Positions 24,983-39,436 of a stretch of DNA of 64,000 nt are shown piece after piece. The position numbers were made by a program, and so were the translations under genes. The DNA comes from Amphiscolops sp. MND2022 (lineage: Eukaryota): assembly GCA_964187785.1 (NCBI GenBank), contig OZ076409.1:53136001-53200000 (forward strand), read 5' to 3'. Under the pieces are notes generated by a model, which did no database searches, was not told the origin of the DNA, and saw nothing but the letters and a program-made list of their open reading frames with translations. Position 1 is the first letter of the stretch; every line of letters begins with the position of its first letter.

Positions 24983-27900
24983 ATGAACTCCTCAACAACA
25001 ACCATTCTACCTTTTCAAACTCCCGTCAATAAAAATGCAAAAGTTGTAAAATTAGAACTAAACCCATTCCTACAAAACATTATTTCACATTATACACAAC
25101 CACTCCCATTTGAGAATGAACCTCATACAATTGAAACAATCCCTCTTATTAGAGAACATTTGGACACATTCCTCTTCTATATTAGATACAAAGTTTTAAC
25201 TATCACCGCAGAATACCCAGCTTTTCAAATCTCTTTTCCTCAACAAAGACCTAATTCATCTCAAATATACAGAAGAACAATAAACCCAATAAATCTCCAA
25301 GTTCCTATTAAACAAGTTTTTCTCGGTTTTTTAAACAATGTGAAAGACCACAACCTAGCACATGAAATTCCAAAATTTAGTCCAAATGCACTCGACGACC
25401 TCGAACGATATATAAACAATTTCGACGTAGAAATTATTGAAAGATTAGTTAATCCTGAAGACAATCCTCATCATTGGTTACAAACTGATATACTACGAAT
25501 TCAAAATTTCCTCTACCATTATTTCAAAGACTTAACATTAAATGACCAAACAATTCCTCAGATCAAAGTAATATCTCTATTCCTCAGAAAATACTTCAGA
25601 TTTAATTATCAACTATTATGGTCACAACAAGATCAATCTGCTTTTACAGCATTCCCAAAACATTTTACAGTCGACGAATGTTTACCATTCATCATCAGTG
25701 AACAAAATGAACATCCTTATTTTCATAAACCACAATTAATTACAAAACAAACTTTAGATTACATACGTTTTGATCCTCTATTAATTACAGAAAATGATCT
25801 ATTTGCAGACAATAGACCTTATCACTATGAACAAAATTCTCAAGTTCAGCAAAACTTACATTTTAACACTAACAATTATACTGAAGATGATAATACCAAT
25901 CATGAAAAAACACTCCAACAACAAAATCAAAAAGAAAACTATAACGATAATGAGTTTACTACCCAAGAATCTACAATTTCAACACATAATCCATCACAAG
26001 CAGGTACATCAACATCAGTACACACTCAATCCTTTAGAGTTCCCACTAGAGTTGTAAATCAGAGACAAAATACACATAGTCCTCAATCTCATTTAGATAC
26101 ATCTCCAAACTGTAATATAACTTTCAACCTTCCATATACAGATGAAAAAACACACGACGAAACCCATGACACTTTACATGATGATATTCTGACTACATCT
26201 AGTGCTCAGAATACTTCTGTTAATGTTGCATCTCCAACAAGAACTATTCCTGATTTTACAAGATACATTACTCGACCTAGATATGATCCTCCATCAATTC
26301 CCTCTGCTTTCCGCTCAAATAGATCGATTTCTTCAAACAACAATTGTAATGATAATCCTCAAACTTCCAATCAATTTTACGATCCATTTAATTATAACTT
26401 TTATCCTCCATCAAATACAACTACCAATACAAATATCAACCAAAATCACTCTCAAATTAATACAACTTCAACAACACAGAACCCTTTCATACAATTATCA
26501 CATACCACTGCTTCACAGAATATATATTCTCAAAATCAAGGAACTTCGTATCCTTCCACTTCTTATTCTCATATCACACAAGCTTCTCAAAGGAGACTTC
26601 AAAACCCTCCACTTACACATATACCAACTGATCCTTTGTATCAAATGCATCCAAATCCAAATCCTAATCCTAATCCAAATCCATTACCACAAAATGCAAT
26701 TCAACATATACCTCCTCAACTCACACAACAATTAGCTCCTCCACTCCAATATTTACCAATGCCACAAGATGCCTTTATGAACATGTCCGCTTCAATACCA
26801 GAACCTATGAAACGTTTTGATGGTTTAGACCATTCTTATACCCCAGAAGAATATCTACAACAAGTCGAAGCTAGATTAACCTTCGCCAAAGGTGAAGAAC
26901 CTCAGAATAATCCTATAAAATACAAATCTTGGCATAACAGACGCATGGCTTACATACAATGTTCATTAACAGGAACAGCTCTCAATTGGTATACTAACCT
27001 TCATATATCATATAAACAACAATGGAATTCCTTTGTACAACTATTCAAAAAACAATTTTCATCTCAAAAACAGCATACTACGCCCAAGTAGAAGCTATGT
27101 CACTCATGAAAAAAGATAATGAAACAGTACGCCACTTCGCCCTTAGAGTACAACAATTAGTTAAAAAGGGATGGTGTAATGAAAATGCAGCTACCATAAA
27201 CCTCAAAAATAATGAAATCTTTACAAAAGGAATACCCAAGAAGTTAAAAGATTTTGCCTATAAACGACAAGTTAAACATGTATCAACACTATTTGAACCT
27301 TCAATATCATTTCACACACTTGTTAGACATGTCGATTCTGAAGACATTGCTATTGAAAAAATTAGAACTAACGACTTAGCTCTAGAAATAAACAAAGTAT
27401 CGCTTGAAGATGATACTAGCAAAAAGGAATTTGAACATGAAAATCAAATAATGGTTACTCAATCTGGAGACTCAAATAACAAAAGCAAACCAGCTTATAA
27501 AAGATATTGTTCCTATTGTCACAAAAATAATCATAGTATTTCAAATTGTTATCAAAAACAACGTGATGATCAATACCAAAAATACAATAACCAAAGATCA
27601 CGAACTCCTCAACAAACTTTTGTACAATATTTTTGCAGTAAACCTCAACGAGAAAACCGAAATGACAATACAAATCCTTTCTCCTCAGATAATGATCGTA
27701 ACAAATATAATCAAAATTACTATAATGATAGATACAGAAATAATGATAGATATCGTAGCAATAGTAAAGAATATTCGCAACACAACTATCGATCAAATTC
27801 TCGACAAAGATATTACAATCGATCTCGAAGCCCATATAGATCTCGATTCGATAATTATTATCAAAGACGAACTCCATCTAGATCTCCATATAGATCTCCA

Positions 27901-30900
27901 CATAGAAATAACTCAAATTACAGATATAACTCTCGCTCAAGATACAGATCTCGTTCCCAATCACAAGGAAACTCCTTTAAATGATATAATTATCCATATA
28001 GATCTCCATCAAGACCTAGAGATTTTAAATCACGATCTAGAACACCCTCACGAAACAGACAACAAAACATAATAAATCAAGTAGACGTTAAACCTACAAA
28101 AGACAATGATAGTACAAAATTTGAGATCCATACTTGTCAAACAACAGAAATAGCTAATACAATCACTCCTTATAGTTGGTTTTATCCACTATATATTCAT
28201 GCTTCTGAAACAAATGATAACATATTACCTTCAAAATTAGAAACCTTATTCCTCTTAGATACTGGAGCATCCATATCTGTTTTGAATTTACCAACATTTC
28301 ATGTAATTTCCAAACAATTAAACATCAATGTTCCAACCAATCTTCAAAACAAAAGAGCCAAAACTCTTACAGTTGCAAACCAAACTGAAGTACTAATAAT
28401 ACACTATATTTCGATGACCTGTTTCACTGAAGTAAATCATCAAACGCGATCCTTTAATATCGATTTCGCCGTAGCCAATATCAAATACAACATTCTTGGG
28501 ACACCCTTTTTCAAAAAACACATCCAAAACATCGATTTTCAACAAAATATTATGACTTACATAGAACAACATCCAAAGCTTTCAACAAAAACAACATTTT
28601 CCACGTTTACAGAAAAGGAATACCCATATATTTCTTACATCTATACTATTAAATGTAAAGAACCAATTCACTTTAAACCAAGGTCAGGAAAAACTATACA
28701 TTTCCCAATTAAAAACTATTCAAATCTACATTTTGAACTTGAAGATAATACAAAATTCTATCCAACAAACCCATATACATACTTCTTACAAAAAGTTAAA
28801 GATATCTTTCATTTCTTAGATATGATAGTCAATGAAAAAAGCAAAGACTCTTGTGCAACCATAATTCAAAACTTTACATCTTACCCAGCCACATTACCAC
28901 GAGGAATCATTGGATACATAGAGATACCTATTACTCAAACAACTCCTCCTCACTACAGAGTTAATGATGTAAATTCACTTATTCACTCTGTAATACATGC
29001 GTATCATCCTGATACCACAACTCCGATTAAACAAAATCCATATGCAGATATGAACTTATGTACTAGGGTAACACCACAATCCCTATTAGAAATTAACAAA
29101 ATAGAAATCAACGACAAAACACTTCAACTTTCTATACCTTCTGTTACTGGAAACCTTCGACCCTCAGATAAAATTCGAAAAGATTTTCCTCCATTACCAT
29201 ATTCTACAGAAAACCAATAAATCATAAAAAAGTTTAACTTTGAATACTCAGATCTAACTGATACAGAATATGTAAACCTCTGCAATACTTTGATTGATAA
29301 TCAAAATTGTTACGCCAAACATAAGAATGACGTAGGAAAATTTTCTAATCCCTTTCGAATTAGAATAAAAGATAATTGTAAACTTCAAACACAAAGACCT
29401 TCTAAAGTACCAATTCATTATAGAGATAGACTAAATAAACTTTTACTAGAACTCGAAAAATCCAATATAATAAAACAAATTGGTTCAACATCAGATGAAA
29501 AAAACACAATTGGAACAACATTTTTAAACCCTTTAATTATTATCGCAAAAGGATACGCAATAAAAATTGTTTTAGACGCAAGACATCTAAACTCAAACAC
29601 CAACCAAGAACTTGAATCTTGGCCTATTGAACCTTTAGCTCCTCAATTAGCTAGAGCCAATAAAAAAAATAAATCAACTATTGATATAATGTATGCATAT
29701 GCTCATACACCATTAGACGAAGAAACGATCAAACTTACAGGATTTTCATCCGGTGACAAACTATACGCCTTTATCCGTGGATTTTATGGATTAAAGGGAC
29801 TTCCAAACTTTTTAACAAAACAAATGTCAACTTTCTTTAGATCACTTATAGACAAACGTTCTGCGTTGGTTTATATCGATGATATTTTATTACTCGCAAA
29901 TGAAAAACAAGAAATGTTCGAACTCATAAAAGAATTACATACAATAGCATCTCGAGAAAATCTCAAACTTGCACCCGAAAATCATTCTACATGTTACTCA
30001 AAGTAAAATTCCTTGGACATGAAATTGGTAACAACACAATCAAACCAATTCCATCCAAAATCGAAGCCATTAAAAGAATTCCATCACCAAAAGAAAAGAA
30101 AGATGTTATGCAATTTCTTGGCAGTGTTAACTTTTATTCAAAATTCATTGAAAAACTTCATATAAACCTTAAACCATTGTATACATTACTACATGATGAT
30201 GTTAAATTTCAATGGACACCTGAATTAGAAAAAATATTTCAAAATGTTAAAAATGCAATGACAGCAGACATTGAATTAACAACACCCAATACAACGCATC
30301 CATTTTTCATAACAGTAGATGCTTCGTTAGTAGGTTTAGGCGCAGTCTTATTCCAAATGAACGAAGAAAATAAAATGAAAGTAATCTCTTATAACTCCAG
30401 AATTCTTAACACACAAGAACAAAAACTTTCAACTTTAGATAGAGAACTTCTCGCTATAGTTTACGCATTACAAATATATGAATTTTTGATTATTGGATCT
30501 CCTCATCCCATATACATCTTCACAGATCACAAACCTTTACTACATTGTTTCGCAAAGAAAAGAAATCTTAGTCCTAGATTCTATAGAGCACAAATGCAAC
30601 TAACCAAATTCTCCAAACTAAAAATCATTCATACCCCTGGAAAAAACTTAACTGTAGCAGATATGCTTTCACGAACTTTTACAAAAGAACAATTACAAGT
30701 ACACCAATTACGACACAAACAATTACCACCTCAAATAGATTTCTCTATCATGAAAGATAATCAACTCAAACCAGTACATTATTTAGTAAAACATGAAGAA
30801 ATCAAATATAACCAAAAGAATGATTGTCATCCTATCCTTGCTGACTACGGAGACGACCAATTCTCTATCCGTATAAACAACAAAGGAGAAGATATCCACA

Positions 30901-32967
30901 TAAAACCTTTAGATTCCTTCTCTTTTCAATCTATTGTTCCATTTGAATCAAAATATAAAAAGCCTACAAAAAACCAAGCAAAATCTCTCTTACAACAATC
31001 AACAATCCTTAATGATACTGATATTCTCAGCGATGACGATGAACTAACTCAATCAAATAACATCCAACATCAAAACTCAGACATATTACATGAACACACA
31101 CTTGCTATACAATATCCTACCAAATCCGATTATTGTAAACAACAAGTTCCATTTTTTGATCCATCTTTTTTCAAATACAAAAGATATTTCAATTATTTCT
31201 TCCTACCAGAAGATACACAAATAACCATTGAAACAATAAAAACTCAACAAAAACAAGACACTGTTTTACAAAAAGTTTACCAATGGATACTTAATAATGA
31301 AAGACCCTTACAAATAGACCCAACAATTGCAGCTAATTCTTTCTTATTAGTATATTACAAAATTTTCAACCAATTAAATATTAACCATGATACAAAAATT
31401 ATCCACATAGATTATCATAATCTTCACGATTCCAATCCGAATCAAAGAGACAAAATATGTCTACCATTTAAACTCTTCCACGCAGCTTTTAACAAACTTC
31501 ATGCTCACGGACACTCAGGAATAAAAATATCCATCAAAGCTTTTAACCAATTTTACTTCATACCATATTTGAATAAATATCCTCAAATTAGAATTTCAAT
31601 TTCAATAAAAATTTGAATATTCATCCATGATTGTATTGAATGTCAACAATTTAAACATATTAACTAAAAAATACAAACTGCATCCATACAAACATTCTCA
31701 GAAAATGCTTCATTTTTTAATTACCGAATATCAATGGATACAAAAGGACCTATAAACCCACCATCAAATCAAAATTTATACATTCATGTTATAGTAGACG
31801 CTTTTAGTCACTTTGTAGTAACAGTACCTATAAAGCAAAATAATGCTCAAAACGCTGTTAACTCATTACTACATTATTGGATAACAAAATTTGGACCTCC
31901 TGTATATCTAGTTACCGACCGTGGAACAGAATACATTAATTCCGAATTTGCAAACCTTTGTACCACAATGAGAATTAGACATTCACCAAGAACTCCTTAT
32001 GCACCATGGACTAATGGGACTAATGGTCTAGTTGAAAATCAAAACAGAAATCTTGGAACTCATCTCAGACTTTTCTTACATAACACTCCAGAAAACTGGT
32101 CTACTCAAGTTCATATGTATGCTTATGCACATAATTCACAACCACTTTCTGAAATGAACTTATCTCCATATGAAATAGTATTTCATACTCTACCCAGAAT
32201 TCCAATCAATTTTGAACTCAATCTCCAAAGAGATACATATAGAAATTGTACTTCCCAATGTTGTCAAGAATTACCACTTCATACACACCATGACAAATCA
32301 AATCTAAACCCCTTCTTCCATAAAATTTTATCTAAACCGATCCCACAATGGATCTTAGCCACTGAAACTGCTATGATACAAATATACCACACAGTATATG
32401 AAAACACAAAAAGAAAAATTAATTCTTGACGCTTATTTAACGTCTTATTATTGACGTTATTTATTAATTATTAACAAAATTTTCGACATAACATATGAAA
32501 TTGTTAATCAAGATGGTTATACATCTCACATACACAGAAATCATTTAATTCCTTACTATCCAAAAGAACCAATTATTTTTCCTTTCTTACAACAGTATAA
32601 TCCTCATTTATTCAATGATATTCATTCGAATATAAACGATCAATTAATTAACTCCGATGAAAACCTATTTGGTGACGAAGATCAATTTTCTTCCACAACA
32701 TCTAATAAAGAAACGGATATACCATCCACAATCGACTTCCAACCAGAATCATTTAGCCAATATTCTTCATTTCCGTACCAACAAAAGGAACGAACTCCTC
32801 AAAATACCAACTCAGATAAACAATCAGATATTTATGACTATGATAATTTTATTAACCCCCGAAGACACTCCTATAATAGATACATTTTCCGCCCACAACA
32901 AAGAAAAGACTATCGACTTTTCCTTGGTGAAAACGATATAATTTCACTTTCTCAAAAATCCTGCTGA
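24983..32967 (+). pseudogene. Element A gag-pol polyprotein (disrupted)
   Basis: Capsid-like FDGLDHSYTPEEYL..W; zinc knuckle CSYCHKNNHSISNC; RS-rich tract; protease LDTGAS (~28255); RT YIDD; RNase H VDASLVGLGAVL / TDHKPL / ADMLSR; integrase HAHGHSG..CIEC, MDTKG, TDRGTE, NGLVE. Multiple stops, frameshifts and indels. Confidence 0.93.
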
Positions 32968-33136
32968 AATACAGAATACAGAAAGAAATACACAAAGAAA
33001 ATTTGAAAGAAAAAGAGAAAGTTTGAAGCTTAATGTGAAACTGAATGAAAAATATTTCACAAGTGATAATGAAAGACACAAATCCTAATTGATAAAAAAT
33101 TATAACTACTTTACAAATTAAATCAAACTACCATAA

Positions 33137-34606
33137 CACAAAGATTTCAAAATTGATAGACATATTCACTCACCATCATCAACCACAAATAACTCATCTT
33201 CTAGTTCAACACATTCACTCCAAAGACTACCTGAATATACAGCATATTTAAACTCAGATACAGACATACTGGATTCCTCATCCTAAAATCCCAGTCCATC
33301 CGCTCCATATACTCCTGATAGAGTACCAACAACACCCACCAATACACCTATAACCCAAACTCAAACACTAGTAATAACAACTCAATCACAACCTATTTCA
33401 AGAAATCGAACATTTGTAGAAACAAATTCACCACTTTCTGACTCTAATGATGAAACACTTACAACACCAAATACACAAGATACTTCAAAGATTTTACATA
33501 GACCTCCTCTTCCACCAATTACTACCACTCGTTCCGTTCATATCCCTGATCCCAGCTCAGTTCTACAATACATAAATTCTTGTCCATATAAAGTACCAAC
33601 CGCAACGAAAACAAAAAGAAAAACTCCTTTACCTACATTACCACAAGACCTTAATTTACCATCATCAAGTCATACTCCAATAACATTCTTACCAGAACCT
33701 TCATTGAAATCATCAGTGAAGAAATCACAACAACACCCAATTCCTTCACCATCTGAACTAAGTTCATTCACATTTTCTCAAATATATCCCAAACTTTAAT
33801 TAGAACGTGTACATTCAACCACTACCTCTTCTTTAACAGATTTTAATCATAAAGATAAAGATTCTGACTCAACTGCTAGTACTAGAGTACCAAGACATAA
33901 TTATAACCTTCGATCTCAACAACAAAGAAAATTTCTAAAATTACAATCTTTAACTAGTTCAAGTACAAACTCAAGACTACTTAGACAGCACGCCCAACCC
34001 AGAGTAGACACTTCTTCTCTTTCCTCATCTCAACCCACTATACCATCTTCTTTATCACTACCATTTCAAATCACATCAGGATTTGAAACAGCTTCTCTTC
34101 TTTCTGAAGACCCAGTAACTATATCAGATAGCGCAGCTAATTTTTCACGAGTTTACTCACCTAGTTCAATAGCATCAAACTCTTCTATACAATTACCTGA
34201 ATATTTTTTAGAAGATTTCTCAAGACCTCCAACACCAAACCCTCACGAATATCCCATCCGTGTTAATTCAACAATTGTTCGTACGCTTAACGAAGATCCT
34301 CGATACACGGTTTTACCTGCAAGATTTATAAACAATAGTTCACTCTCAACTCAAAGAAAACAAAGAGAATTACGAAGATTACAAGAACAACAACTCGCAT
34401 TAAAATTTGAAGTAGAAGTCACATTCAACTCGTTAGGACCTCATCCATTCTCTCTTTCAACAAGAGTAGCACACAAAACAACCCCATCACCATTCATAGT
34501 CACATCCATTTCTCACCTTTGTGACGCAGAATTACCTGAGATTAGAACAGGACATATAAACTTTTTTAATCCCTACTCCGGACTTAATTATAGAACAATA
34601 TTTTAA
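33137..34606 (+). pseudogene. Element A ORF X: Pro/Ser/Thr-rich accessory frame between pol and env
   Basis: One frame of ~490 codons with only two internal stops (33284, 33797); 33800-34606 is 268 sense codons. Missing from the ORF track because it has no suitable start codon. Confidence 0.7.
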
Positions 34607-34639
34607 CTATAGAACAATATTTTAACTGATGTTTTAACC

Positions 34640-37296
34640 ATGAACCAAATCACCTTTACCCTATACTTAATATACATAATACAAGTTGTTAAATACACGT
34701 ATATAATACATATATTTCACTCTTTAGTTCACCCTTCAACTGTTCCTAAAGTTGACACAACCAATTCCGAAAATCATATTTCAGACCTAGACCCTAACAT
34801 TTTAAACTTGATGGTATCCCATTATGATTGTGCAAAACAAAACAATTTAAGACAATTCAGTTTATTAAATGTCGAACCATGTAAACAAGCACCCTCAGAT
34901 ATACAACACACAAAAACCCAAGCAACAGTTTATGTTAGAGCAAAGGCCAAAAGAATAAAAGCCTTTAAATGCGAAGCATATATAAAGACTGAAAAGGTCT
35001 GGTGTTCACAAACATTCACATCTAGTAGACGATATGATCGTTTACAATGGGGACAAAACACATTAGAACTTCCAAAAATATTGGACCCTATTGAATGCAA
35101 AAACTTGATAGAATATTTAAACGCGACTGATAGCGAAGAACTAAACAATTACAATATACAAAGCTCTTTCTCATTGTTCGACGATAGTAACTATCAAAAC
35201 ACAATTGAACGAATTCAAACACTATTTAGAGTAAAAAAAAATTAAATACATGGCATATTGGAACCTTCGTATTCGATGAAAATTATCCCGACTGGATAGT
35301 TAATGTTACACAAAATACATACTCTAGATGTCGATCAGACCGAGAACATTTAATTACCCGACAAAGTTGGAAACTTAGATTTGTTAACACCGCAATAGAT
35401 TATGACGATGAAAACATTCAATTAATACATGACGGACACATATTACCATGCTATCATTCAGACGGATTTTGTAAACCAACGACAAAAACTCCATATACAA
35501 TAACATGGTTTGATGAAAAATTTTGCCTCTTATTTCAACTTCAAGAATTCATTGGTAGAATGACACGAATCACAGACAGACATTGGATAGAAACCGATAC
35601 CTTCATTGAAACTTCAAACATCACACAAAAACTTCAAACCGAAGGAATACAAGGAACAAGATATCCTAATGTGAAAACACCACAATCAAAAATAAGCAAT
35701 CCAAGCCTTTCTCGATATGAAATATACCCAATTGCACAAACCTTCTGTGGAAAACCTGAACCATTATTCTCAACACAATATGATCACATCTTTGTTACAT
35801 ACTTAGATGGTTTTGATATGAACACAGGACTACCAAAACCACACTCAATAATTGACCAAACAATTAGTGGAAACATAAAATATGATGACTCAAATAAAAG
35901 GAATATTTCCCTGCATTGAATATATCAAACAATTTCACCACTTTAGATTATGATGCCCACATTAATACAAAAATTGATTTCACAACAAATCATGTATTTA
36001 AATCCATGACAGTACAAGAACTAAACACCTTTCATACAATATGTGAACTGGAAAGAACTCAATTGTTAACGATCTTAGCTATGTCAGTTAAAAATCCTCA
36101 ATTAGCCGGTTTTCTTTTAACTGGAAATCGAAGTAACTTTCTCTACGTTGAAGGATCTACAGCATGGCTGTATGATTGCCCTCATTTTATATCACCACTA
36201 TACAAGGCAGATAAATGCTTTGATAGAATTCCCATACACTACAGAGAAACGATAATGTATGTTGATCCTATAACAAGACAAACTTTTAACTATGCAACAC
36301 CAATTGAATGTGGAAATAACCCACAAAATATAATCGAATTAGACCCAGACTCTAACGACGGAGATTTTTATGTGTTAACACCAGAACCACTCAAATGAGA
36401 AGCACCACAAATGTTTAAACCTACCCAAATTAAAACAACAATCACTCCTAATACATTTACCGCCCAAGATGCCGGTATATACTCAAAAATGCAGAATTAG
36501 ATCAATTCTGGAATAGAGTATTAGTCGCTAAACATTCAGACACAACCCTTCAATTACTTGGAAAATCATTAGGCTATGATTTCATCACAGTGCATAATGA
36601 TAAACATTCCTACTCAGGACATAATCCTTATAATCATTTAAGGATTGGAGTACATGACCACTTGTTAAACCTCTTACCACTTTTCAACCCTGACTGGTTC
36701 AGTCAAGCATTCATTAATTTCTTTGGATATTCATGTTATGTTTTAACACAATGTGGAATTTATTTTTCAACATTTCTTTTCATAAGAGAAGTTTTAATAT
36801 TTTTACTCAGTCATAGTTAGTCATAGTTTAGTCATAGTTTAGTCATAGTTAGTCATAGTTAGTCATAGTTTTAACATTTTTACTCAAATTCTACAGAACA
36901 ATTAGCATAAAATACAATCTCCAAAGCAACATTTCCATTTTGAGTTCAATAGCCCATGGATTTTTTAATATAGTTACATCGGAAATGGTAACCGATTTAA
37001 ACAATACAGATAAACGAAAACGGATATATACTAAACACAAAATTACAACAAGTGAAAATGATAATATCGTATTGCCGGAAAAAGAATTAAACAATAAACG
37101 AAGATACTCTGATAATGTCTCCCCTTATTTACCTCCTAAATATTCCAGTAGGAGTTCAACATTTCAATCACCGCAAAAGACACACCCAACTAATGTCAAC
37201 GATATTAATTCTCAGGACTATGACCCAATATTATCAAATGTAATAGCTGTACCGGGAAGTCCTGCTAAAGTCTTTATTAAATTTAAGACCTCCTAG
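34640..37296 (+). pseudogene. env: Element A env: class III (chuvirus G / herpes gB-like) fusion glycoprotein, disrupted
   Basis: Hydrophobic N-terminus; HYDC..FSLLNVEPC; ICELERTQLLTILAMS..P..AG; LYDC..KCFDRIPI..YVDPITR..TPIEC; C-terminal TM-like segment. Lesions near 35240, 35900, 36396, 36485 and a 77-bp insertion at 36809-36885. Confidence 0.85.
36809..36885. repeat. (AGTCATAGTT)x6 insertion with a 19-bp flanking duplication inside env
   Basis: AGTTTTAAYATTTTTACTC occurs at 36790 and 36867; removing 77 bp restores the frame (..IFLL-KFYRTISIKY..). Confidence 0.85.
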
Positions 37297-37737
37297 CTAA
37301 AAAGCAATAACCAAATAAACAAATTAACCTCAGAAAAAGTTCAAAAAATTATCAACAAAATTCTTCTCAGTTTAACTTTCATTCAAACCCAAATTCTCAC
37401 TCGGACCAGTCTCTCCTTTTCAACTCAACTAAAAATTCACTTGCCTATCACAACTCAGCTCTCAACCAGAAGACTTCAAATGGATTTTCAATCCATCTAA
37501 AAGACCGAAATTACAGAAGTTTCTATTCCTGGAATAGATGCCACTGTGATTGTTGATGTTTTCAACCCACCATTCACTCAGTTATTCGCATATTGTAAGT
37601 ACAATTTAAACTTCTATTTTAACAAACAATTTAATGGATAGAAAAGACATAACGAAATTTTTCCTTATTATTAGAAACAGTATAATCAAACGTTATAATC
37701 ATTATTTTAGCTCTACAAAAACACGCAAGTTTAAATA

Positions 37738-39030
37738 ATGGAATCCTTGCCCGAAATTGATGTAGTTAATTCTAACCAATCTGAATTGCTTGCATCCCCT
37801 TTGAATATAACTATTCAACAAAATGTTAACGAAGATAATAGCTCCTCTTCAAACTTTCAAGATCCCATAGAAACTATTCCTATTGAACAAGTAGATCATG
37901 TTAACGCAAGATCTCAAAAAAGAAAGTACCCAGATATAACTGCAGACAAACCTTTTATGGAATCTGGCGCTTGCCCTCCTTCCATAAAACCAATTAAACA
38001 AGATGAAGATTGAGATTGTGAATTAGTTCCTATTCTCTCATCAAAACAATTTACCTTTCAATCTCAGTTAACCTCGTTATACATGATTCCAACAAAATAC
38101 AAATTCATCATCAGAGAATTTAAAAATGATTATCATACTTCAATCGCTTCAAAATTGATCACCCCATATGATTGGTGGTTAAACAATAAAGTGAAAATTT
38201 TCTCACTCCAATACAACTTCCTCAGACCATCTCCATATGATCTTCGAAGCGAAGAAAATGATGCAAATTTTTTGCCATACCAAATCAAAAAAGCTCAGCA
38301 CATGACTTATCAGAAGTTTCTTCAATATAAAGAGCCCGATAATTAAATATTCTTCAACTCCAAATATACATCGCCATTCACTTTCAACTCAGAATATCTA
38401 ATAGATGATACCAAAACAAAAGGAAAACTTAGAAATTATGACCCGCTTAAACAAAGTTTTCTTTTCCTTCCAAATGATAACCCAAAAAGACCAATCATTG
38501 TACCACAAGAATACCTCATTCTGAACGACGATTCGTTATTACAAGAAGATATACCTCAAAATATATCTGATCCTCTTCCTCCACTTCAACATATAGCCTC
38601 TCAACCTTTGGGAGACTGTGAAAATTCTTATTTTTACGCAATGACCAAAAAGGGATATTCAAATAATGAATTAATTTTCATTATTTCTCACCTGCTTTCA
38701 CTTCTTACAAATGGAAATCATAAAGAACACAAAAAGACAAAACAAGAATCGCCGAAGAAAACCAAAAATGACATTCCTCAACCACAAAGTTTTCGCCCAA
38801 CGGACGAATTACAGAAATATACAGAAATTCTGAACATCATAAAACCCTATCATCATCCAAACCGAGATATTCTTATAACAATCGCCGAAATCGTAAATAC
38901 TCTTGAACAAACTCGAAGCATAATACAAAATATCGTATTTGATACGACAAGAATTAGCCAATCAGCTTTGTGTATTCGCACATCTTTAGACGAATTCAAC
39001 TACACAATTGAAAAAATGCACCGATCTTAA
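37738..39030 (+). pseudogene. Element A accessory ORF4 (~430 codons, unknown function)
   Basis: Track ORFs at 37738, 38083 and 38608 share one frame broken by only two stops (38011, 38344). Confidence 0.75.
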
Positions 39031-39436
39031 CTGGTAATTATGGGATAATCACTTTAAATTGTTAACACTTAATACTTAATCTCTTAACAACCAGTCAAAA
39101 TTAATTGAGTCTACACGCATATGCCTGCTATGCATGATTATAGTACATGCTTGATATTGAAATACTCCTTTAAAATAAAATAATATAAAAAATTTCAATC
39201 ACGACATAAAAATTTTTAACAAAATTCCTCAATTGCTCCTCCTTTTAATGGACCGATTTCAACAAATAAGTACTTATATGAAAGATATTTAAATACCCTT
39301 CAAAAGACTTCCAAAAAACATTAACTTAATTCTTAAAATTTAAAAGTTATAACATCACAAATTACATCAAAAAAATGTCAACTACGAAATTCTATTTTCG
39401 AAGGAACTTTATTGTAAACAAACTAATCTTTTTTAG

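Noticed and set aside
26202..28072. Overlapping alternative-frame ORFs in gag (26202-26735, 27563-28072, 27455-27877)
   Set aside because: Ile/Leu-rich shadows produced by low-complexity, A/C-biased gag sequence.
33137..37296. ORF X and env as one polyprotein
   Set aside because: They share a frame only because of a 19-bp duplication (34589-34626); without it ORF X ends at TAA 34604 and the env ATG is in another frame.
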